Assembly: GCF_006345805.1 (NCBI RefSeq)
Contig: NC_043007.1
Span: 66,340,001-66,404,000 of the forward strand
Direction: 5' to 3'
From: Octopus sinensis
Taxonomy: Eukaryota
DNA: 64,000 nucleotides
Shown: positions 55,575-64,000 of the stretch, piece after piece
Layout of the letters: each line of letters starts with the position of its first letter
Numbering within the stretch: the stretch's first letter is position 1
Position numbers and translations under genes: made by a program
Notes under the pieces: model-generated
What the model saw: only the letters and a program-made list of their open reading frames with translations
Told to the model about the DNA's origin: nothing
Databases searched by the model: none

Positions 55575-55610
55575 CTTTCTGTAGAAGAGCGTAGGCTCGA
55601 AACGTAAAAG
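55575..55610 (+). ncRNA. Minimal HHR motif (U6 variant, extra A before stem II) in a repeat spanning ~55500-55700
   Basis: cttt-CTGTAGA-a-gagc-gtag-gctc-GAAAC-GTA-aaag; stem III reduced to the palindrome ACGT. Confidence 0.65.
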
Positions 55611-55699
55611 ACTTTTTCTATTCCTGAGCGTTATACTAATACATCTGTTTGTTTTGTACACCACCTGTCTTCGTCTTTTGTTTTTTTTTCGTAAACTCT

Positions 55700-55755
<56 letters not shown>

Positions 55756-55794
55756 TATATATATATATATGTATAATATATATATATAAACTCT

Positions 55795-55853
<59 letters not shown>

Positions 55854-55952
55854 GTGAATGCAAACAAAGAAGAACTAGCAAGAATAAACAATAACGGGGG
55901 GACGTGGTACAAGTACTGTATTATCAGACGCTCAGGAAAGGGAGGAAAGAGG

Positions 55953-55987
55953 ATTTAACATTTTGAGCCTTGCTCTTCTTCAAAAAT
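55953..55987 (-). ncRNA. Degenerate minimal HHR motif
   Basis: attt-TTGAAGA-a-gagc-aag-gctc-AAAAT-GTT-aaat; the GAAAC half carries transitions. Confidence 0.45.
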
Positions 55988-56221
55988 AGACAAAAGTCCA
56001 AAGAAAGGGAAGACGGGGGATGAAAATCGTCAACGAGACATACGCAGTTACATTTTGAAATGACCGGCAGGGAATGGGTGAAGAAAAAGTTCTTTCCAAG
56101 GCAGGAGAGTGCAAGAGAAGGAGGTATGTAAGTGTATGTGTGGGTATGTGCGTGCACGCAGGTCTGTATTTTACGTGTGTGTGTAACAATAGCACTTGCA
56201 TGTGTGTGTGTGTGTGTGCGC

Positions 56222-56259
<38 letters not shown>

Positions 56260-56546
56260 GGCTTTGGTTGATTATATGTATGTGTGTGTGAACTCTGTGT
56301 CGTTTAATGTTGTAGGAAGAATTTACAGTTGGAATTTAAGGTCGGAGTGGCTGTTTTTGTGTGACTCCCTTCACATGTGCGTAGGTGAATTGTCAGTAGA
56401 AAGGCGTTTAACTGGTAGTTTGAAGTATGTGTGTGTGTGCGTGTATTTATATATGCTGTGTGTGTGTGTTGTGTGCCTGTGTCTGTGTGCGTGTGTGTAT
56501 GTATGTATGCGTGGGGTTGTGTGTGTGGAACAAATGTGCCTTACCC

Positions 56547-56623
<77 letters not shown>

Positions 56624-56666
56624 TATACATATATATATTATATATATACATATATATATATATATA

Positions 56667-56697
<31 letters not shown>

Positions 56698-56699
<2 letters not shown>

Positions 56700-56950
56700 A
56701 GGCGCAATGGCCCAGTGGTTAGGGCAGCGGACTCACGGTCGTAGGATCGCGGTTTCGATTCCCAGACCGGGCGTTGTGTGTGTTTATTGACCGAAAACAC
56801 CTAAAGCTCCACGAGGCTCCGGCAGGGGTTGGTGGCGGTCCCTGCTGTACTCTTTCGCCACAACTTTCTCTCACTCTTTCTTCTGAGCGCATTGTGACCA
56901 GCGATGTGTAGCAACATCTGATAGTCTGGTCGGTCACGGTGATCACGGTG
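56698..56950 (+). mobile_element. tRNA-derived SINE, family C
   Basis: Head ggaggcgcaatggcccagtggttagggcagcggac...gtttcgattccc, homologous to 53095-53370. Confidence 0.85.
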
Positions 56951-56989
56951 ATATATATATATATATATATATAATATATATATATACAA

Positions 56990-57112
56990 ATAAAATCGTC
57001 TCGATGCAACGCCTCAGCTACTGGGAAAGACTAAAAGAATTAAAACTCTTGTCCCTAGAACGAAGGCGGGAAACATATGCAGTGATATACATCTGAAAAA
57101 AAATTAAAGATA
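56990..57112 (+). mobile_element. CR1/L2-group LINE C-terminal fragment
   Basis: Translates SMQRLSYWERLKELKLLSLERRRETYAVIYI*KK. Confidence 0.8.
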
Positions 57113-60100
57113 TGCATGTGTGTGTGTGTGCTTTTCTGCTCGTTTTGTGAAGATATGTCTGAGGTGTTTTAAACTGTAAGCTACATTTTCCTAAAATTTG
57201 AGTTTGTCGTTGCACAAACCAATAAGTATACTGTGACGTCATTACATAATTTTATTAGCCTTGCTTATTATTATCATTTTAATCCGCAAAGAGGAAATGT
57301 TTTAACGGGTGGTGTACAAAAATTATATGAACGATTGCTTTTGTCATTCGAAGAGACAGGATAGATCAACAAATAACTACAGAATCAAATAACGACAGAA
57401 GCAACATGGGCCGAGTAGACACCATGAGTAATATAGTAAACATCAGTCATCATTCATATATCATTCTAGTTGTTCTATCAACACCACCACCACTACTCCA
57501 ATGCTATTACTACTAACTCAACCGCTGTCATCTGTTATTCAGTTAACTTGACTTAACAATATGGCGATAGTGATGGTAATTCATCATCAGTAGTTTACAA
57601 TATAGACTGTCCAACTTGTCAGTGATTGTATGAGAATAAGATTCATCTAGATTCATCTATTGAAAATATGAAAAGCACGGATGAAATTAATCTACAATGA
57701 AATCAAAGTGAAGAATGTAATGAATGGACAAACTGATATATAAACATACACAATGACTCACACACACGCACACATACACGTTTGTATGTAACTTTGTGTA
57801 TAATTCGTGGTGTATGTGTGTGCGTGCGTGCTTGCATGTGTGTGTGTGTTGTGTGTATGTCTATTCGTTAGTAATTGATGATTCACTTTGTCACACCTTC
57901 CAAGGTTTTTGCTCAAGTTTTGGTGGTCGAATGAAGAAAGGCAGACGTGAAACTATACGTAGCGATCACCAGCTTCAACGAACTAATAAACTCTAAAATG
58001 TATGAGTTCATTTTATTCCTTTTATACGTAAGTGTAAAGTTTGTAAATGAATAATGACACTCGCACGCACACACATACACACACACGCACACACACACAC
58101 ACACACAGAGAGACCCACACACAAAGACCCACATGATGACATTTTTTGTAAAAGATGATTTTACCGATATTTCAGGTTCTTAGCCGAACTTCATCTACCA
58201 GATGGTGTATCACTGGAGGAGTATTTCGATACTTACGGCATATTTCGACATGGCGTGTTACTAACTGCCTGTTTCACTAAACGACTGGTTTGTTTTTTTA
58301 GATATCTGACAGATAATGTTTTTTACATCAGCCCGTTTAATCACGTGAACAATTATCATTTTCTAAATAAAACACTTTTTGTGGAATTTTGATGTTATTT
58401 TGTATTTCCAATTCAGATTATCCGTAGATTCTTTTAGAATAAGATATCCTATGGTCGTATATATTTCATCTTGTTTGCTTCCATTCCTGGACAGAGATAC
58501 TACGTAGTAACAATGGCCCTGTTACAGTTAAAACTGTGAACTTTACATGCTATATATCACTAGGTAGGTGTTATGTATCGGCTTTTAAAACTCCCTTCAT
58601 TCACATTAATGTAGGTGTTTTCCGGCTGCGTACAATCTCTTAAGCATTAACTAGGTCTTCATAAAAGACTGTTTTTCTTGGAAATTTACTGATGTGTGAA
58701 AATAACTCTCTACGCTTCAGTTATATTATTTTTCAGGTACATTAAGCTATTTTGATAAGGTTACTTATAATGATACAACAAACACTTAGTACTTCACATT
58801 ATCTTTATTAAATTCTTTATTGGATTTGCAATGTGGGAACGATTTATTAACTGGTGATAAGTATCCGTTAATATTTGATCACAGATTTCAGTGATCAAAA
58901 GAATATTAATCTACATCATGTTCCTATTCCGTTTTGAATATATCCAGAATCAGGAGGTTTTCACAGCTAAGTGCAAGTGCAGTCATATAAACCCTGCAAC
59001 CGGTTGTAATTGAAAAAAAGCAATATTACAGTTACTTGGTTTCATAGCAATATGAATAAAAACAAAGACAGGTTTCTTCAATTTTCCATTTATGGCTACC
59101 AGTTAATTTCTATAACTGTACTCAACAAGACAATGCAATTGGTGCCAGAAATCTTTTCCCTTTTAACCCTGATTTTGCTTGAGTGAAGAATATACAGACA
59201 GTGCTTCTCAAACAGAACCCATAGGATCTTTGGGGATCCATATAAAGTTTTGTTGTTAAAGTTTTATGTGCTATAAATTGTACAATACACAAAATAATGT
59301 AACGATTTTTAAATACAACTTCTAATATTTAAGCATAAAACTTAATAGAATTGTTTTATGTATCCAATGACTACGATGGTCTAGTAGAGTAAAATATGAA
59401 TCAAAGGCAAAAATATGGATGGATACCACTGATATAGAATATTGATTCAATGTCAGTATGAGAAGCTTTGTCGGGGTTGAGGAACGCAATTCGGTTGGGT
59501 GATCTACTCTGCACAAATTCAAAAATAAAATTACAAACATAGAAGATGGACTGTATAGAAATGGTGACTTGGCATTTTTGTACAACACTAATGGGCAACA
59601 ATTATATAATATTTAGGAGGAACTGGTAAGTTTATTTCAGGCACTCTGTCACAATATTACGATAACCTCTACTATACGCTTAGTTGACATTCAGGATGTT
59701 ACCTTTAGCTTACAGAAAGCCATGGCATGTATATATATATATGTATATTTGTTCAGTATATAATAAGCAAATCTGTGTCCCTATCCGCTGTGTGCTGTTG
59801 TTTGTTTACATGGGAGGACAGCAATCAGTAATGTCGAAACACAAAAACTCGTGATATTTGGAAGTTAATGTAAGGTAGTTTACCATAAATAGCTTACCTA
59901 AGAGCGTCAGTCTAAATTTTCATGGTTCCTATATATGAAAATGTGTGAGACATTCACACCTGGGATTCAGGATTAACAATAGTTTTTCTTTTATTTCTTT
60001 TCACATAATTAGGAGTCCAGGTTGCTCTTTTTAGTGGGTCGAATGGTCTATTGGGGCCGTTCCTCAATTGTTGTTGAATTTATATATATAGTCTCTGACT

Positions 60101-60330
60101 ATTTTCTCTCTCTCACTTGACCGCTGGTGACGAAAAAAAATTCTATTGAATTTTTTGCTACCCTATATTGATTAATTGATGATTTTCTGACTAATTCTGA
60201 AATTGAATCAGCAGTTTATATTTGCTGCTGATAAGTTTGGCGCGATTACGGTAGTTTTTGAAAATTTTAGGGCAGACGTTCCCGGGGCATAGATACTACT
60301 GCCTCGTGTATGTCTGTCCCTCCTGGTTTC

Positions 60331-60435
60331 TTTACCGATGAGATGTAGCCTTTGGTAGATTGACTTGATTAAGTTTAATTTAATTTAATTAGGCTGGTTT
60401 GCCATTAAAAACATCGAAACAATGCATTGTCTAAA
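60331..60435 (+). ncRNA. Type I hammerhead ribozyme motif, copy 1 (C4 variant, long stem II insert)
   Basis: ttta-CCGATGA-gatgt-(64 nt)-acatc-GAAAC-aatgcatt-GTC-taaa; predicted cleavage after 60431. Confidence 0.8.
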
Positions 60436-61024
60436 GATGAATAGGGTAAATGCTTTTTTAATTTTCCTTTAATTTCTGAATTACTACTACTTAGCGGTTT
60501 GAGTCCTGGCTGCTCTTTCTAGTGGGTCGAATGGCCTATTGGGGCCGTTCCTCAATTGTTGTTGAATTTATATATATAGTCTCTGCCTATTTTATCTCTC
60601 TCACTAGACCGCTGGAGGCGTCCACCAGAAAGAGCAGCCATAACTCACACCGCCAAGTAGTAGTAATTCAGAAATTAGGTGAAAATTTAAAAACATTTAC
60701 CCTAATTCATCTTTTAGACGATGCATCGTTTCTGTGTTATTAATGGCCTGTTAAGGTCACTCCTAAATTGTTATATTTATATATTTAGTCTTTGACTATT
60801 TTCTCTTTTCCACTAGGCCGCTGGTAGCGATAAATTTCTATTGAATTTTTTGCTACCCTAAATTGACTAATTGATAATTTTCTGAATAATTCTGAGATTG
60901 AATCGGCAGTTTATATTTACTGCTGATAAGTTTGGCGCGAATACGTCGGTCTTGAAAATTTTAAGACAGATATTCCGGAGGCATCGATACAGACGCCTCG
61001 TGTATATTTGTCTCTCCCAGGTTT

Positions 61025-61120
61025 TTTACTGATGAAGTGTGACCTATGGTAGATTAGCTTAATTTAATTTAATTAAGCTAATTTAATCATTAATAACACA
61101 GAAACGATGCATCGTCTAAA
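61025..61120 (+). ncRNA. Type I hammerhead ribozyme motif, copy 2 (canonical core)
   Basis: ttta-CTGATGA-a-gtgt-(55 nt)-acac-a-GAAAC-gatgcatc-GTC-taaa; predicted cleavage after 61116. Confidence 0.82.
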
Positions 61121-61339
61121 AGATGAATTAGGGTAAATGTTTTAAATTTTCACCTAATTTCTGAATTACTACTACTTGGCGGTGTGAGTTATGGCTGCTC
61201 TTTCTGGTGGACGAATGGCCTGTTAAGGTCACTCCTAAATTGTTATATTTATATATTTAGTCTTTGACTATTTTCTCTTTTCCACTAGGCCGCTGGTAGC
61301 GATAAATTTCTATTGAATTTTTTGCTACCCTAAATTGAC

Positions 61340-61376
<37 letters not shown>

Positions 61377-61397
61377 ATACATACATACATACATACA

Positions 61398-61429
<32 letters not shown>

Positions 61430-62064
61430 ACAGTGACAAAAAGTTTGATCGGTTAGATGATTGCTCAGCTGGTTGGTTTGTTGGCTGGCTAATTGGCTGG
61501 CTGGCTGGTTCGTTGGTTGGTTAATAAAGTCGTATTTCGGGAGTAATTTTGACTTTTTCATGTTTCCCTTCCCATCATTATCCCCTTCTTTTAGTACTCT
61601 ATCAGTCAATATCATTGTCTTGGTTTACCGACACAACATCGATAGTACGTTTCTTTTTCTTCCCCCTTTTTCTTTTTCTTGATCTTTTATGTTTTTGCTG
61701 TTGAATTTGTTTTATTGTTATTGTCTATTTCTTTTTTATAATGATAGAGTTTAAAAGTAGGAAATATAGCGAAGAAAATTTAATCACTCACGTCTCTCTA
61801 ACCCGTGCCGCCGGGCACCCAGTTTTATTCTTCGGTTTCATTTTTCAAGATGCGAAAAAATTCAAAAACGTTGAAAGAAAATAACAAAACCAAATAACAT
61901 ACAAAGATTCTTCAATAAAAGATTTTCGTTCCTTTTCATTCTTTTCTTTGTTTCTTGTTTTTTTTTACAATTTTCTTCCTTTCCATTCTTCCTTTGTTGT
62001 TTTTTTTTTTTTTGTTATTGTTGGTGTGTGGTTGCTGTCAATATCTTTTATTTTTCAACCTTTA

Positions 62065-62405
<341 letters not shown>

Positions 62406-62492
62406 GAAATTAACAGAAAAGCAAAAGACAAAGAAAGGTTTATAAACAACAAGCAGGTGTAATTAGTTTGACACTCGGGAAGGTGAGAAAGT

Positions 62493-62528
62493 ATTTTACG
62501 TTTCGAGCCTACGCTCTTCAACAGAAAG
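62493..62528 (-). ncRNA. Minimal HHR motif (U6 variant) in a repeat spanning ~62400-62560
   Basis: cttt-CTGTTGA-a-gagc-gtag-gctc-GAAAC-GTA-aaat. Confidence 0.62.
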
Positions 62529-62699
62529 GAACACGCGGAAATAAACAGAGGCGTTCAATCATGGCGATTGGCTGGACAAAGGTATACACACACGCACCCA
62601 TACTCATATATATACATGTGTGTGTGTATGTATGTATCTATTTACATATATAAATAACTATTTGGATTTTGAGTAGATATCTATTAGTATGTCGATTAA

Positions 62700-63350
62700 A
62701 GCACATTCACCGTTTGGACTACGTGATGTCATCCACAGTTACGGTATAATATTAACTGTATCTACGTCAGGAATTCCGCAGTGTTCGTTTAGTTTATGAT
62801 TATTGAGAGAAACGGAAAATGGATTTGGTACGAACCTTTATACAACGCTACGATCGCTTCGACCCCTCCTGCAGCTGTCCCTTACGGGCACTGTGCATCT
62901 AGTTGTATTACAACAATCAGTGTAGTCTGTGTCACCCCAGGGGTTTGGAGTCAAAAGATGTCCTATTACATCTACTGAGTTCATCTTGGCATGCTATACT
63001 CGCTCGTAGTATGTGGGGACACTGACATACCCGCAAAAATATGATGTAATCCACATTTTCGATTGCATCTTGGAGCTCCAAGCGCTTCATTGTCGCTTGT
63101 TTATTAGATATTTATTATCAGTCTCCAGGTCTTCGATTGTAAATACGTAGCCTTCGAAGTGTGCTGTGATATAGGGGTCACATGTCCAAGAGAGACTTCG
63201 CTTCATGCCAACGTTACTGGTTCATTTTTGGTATGCTAAGGATTTCACTTCCGGGTCTTCTTTGAGGTATGCTAGTCCGGCTGATTTGGGGTTGTATGAG
63301 AGATCATCAGGGAAAGAGTACTTCCTGAATAGTTCGCTTCCGACAAGCAG
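62700..63350 (-). mobile_element. Old REL-type (R4-like) LINE C-terminal remnant from a different family
   Basis: SLSWTCDPYITAHFEGYVFTIEDLETDNKYLINKR followed by AIENVDYII...CP. This parallels SQxWLRSSGLKAETEGFLIAAQDQSLPTRNY...ETINHIISSCP of the 38.3-38.6 kb element. Confidence 0.5.
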
Positions 63351-63362
63351 GCTATTATGTAC

Positions 63363-63393
<31 letters not shown>

Positions 63394-63544
63394 TGTATGT
63401 ATGTATGTATGTATGTATGTATATATGTATGCATACACAAAATGGGACTATGTACTCGAATAAAGGTACGTACAAGCAAGTATAAAACATCCTTCTTAAA
63501 TTTTTATTTAAAACATCACAAACTCAACCCAATCAATTTTTTCT

Positions 63545-64000
63545 TCCTTCTATCCTCCCTTCTTTCTTTCCTTCCTTCCTTCTTTCCTTCCTATCCTTTA
63601 ACCCTGTGGCCGTTGAAACATTTGTTGATGACGTTACAACCAGATATCTCCACTTCTCTCGGTCATTTATTACCCTCTGTGAGTCGGCGAAATCGAGGTC
63701 TGTCCACTGTTTCAAGTTAATCCGGACGACGACCGATCCGGTGTGAATTCTAGCCTGCTTGTTATCATGCCTCTCCTTGACACACGACTAGACCCCGAAC
63801 ACTAGATCATCGTCTTAAGCAGTTTCCTCCGATCTAGACGGTGATTCCTTGGAAAGCCTTACCCAGGGTCATTCTCTTACTGGTGTAGTGTTGACACCAT
63901 CTCCTCACATGGTTTAACCCACAAGCTGAACTCTGGTACCCGGATTTGGTGCATGAGCCATCAATTGAGGAGTTAGCTCTTGAATGTTTAGCGGTATTTC
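63545..64000 (-). mobile_element. RTE-like LINE 3' remnant
   Basis: LKQWTDLDFADSQRVINDREKWRYLV resembles the RTE C-terminus; followed by a (GGAA)n-like tail. Confidence 0.6.

Larger units (their letters stand above)
60013..61340 (+). repeat. Two related partial tandem arrays (periods 488 and 472 bp) with an inverted 127-bp segment; Penelope pseudo-LTR or retrozyme-like
   Basis: 60013-60127 repeats at 60501-60615; 60742-60868 repeats at 61214-61340; 60619-60745 is the reverse complement of 61088-61213 apart from one indel. Confidence 0.9.

Noticed and set aside
56698-56775. tRNA-like heads here and at 53300-53370, 20743 and 51671
   Set aside because: They run into SINE bodies and do not form complete cloverleaves; not tRNA genes.

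Overview
AT-rich eukaryotic intergenic or intronic window, dense in microsatellites and transposon debris. The SINE and LINE families look like those of an octopod cephalopod (inference from recalled repeat sequences, no search run). I see no intact host gene; nearly all ORFs in the supplied track are translations of simple repeats. Supported content: a near-complete but frameshifted R4/Dong-like non-LTR retrotransposon (RT plus REL endonuclease, 35.9-39.1 kb) with truncated copies in (TAA)n; a ~540-bp non-coding element also sitting in (TAA)n; Tx1/L1-like, RTE and CR1-like LINE remnants; two Tc1/mariner remnants; MITE- and Helentron-like elements; and about 30 copies of three tRNA-derived SINE families. 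The most notable unlabelled signal is about ten type I hammerhead ribozyme (HHR) motifs from several unrelated non-coding repeat families. Several lie in tandem units or carry a 5' inverted arm, as in Penelope-like pseudo-LTRs or retrozymes. The best case is a 472-488 bp tandem unit at 60.0-61.3 kb whose two HHR copies differ by compensatory changes. All structures were folded by eye and no activity is shown.
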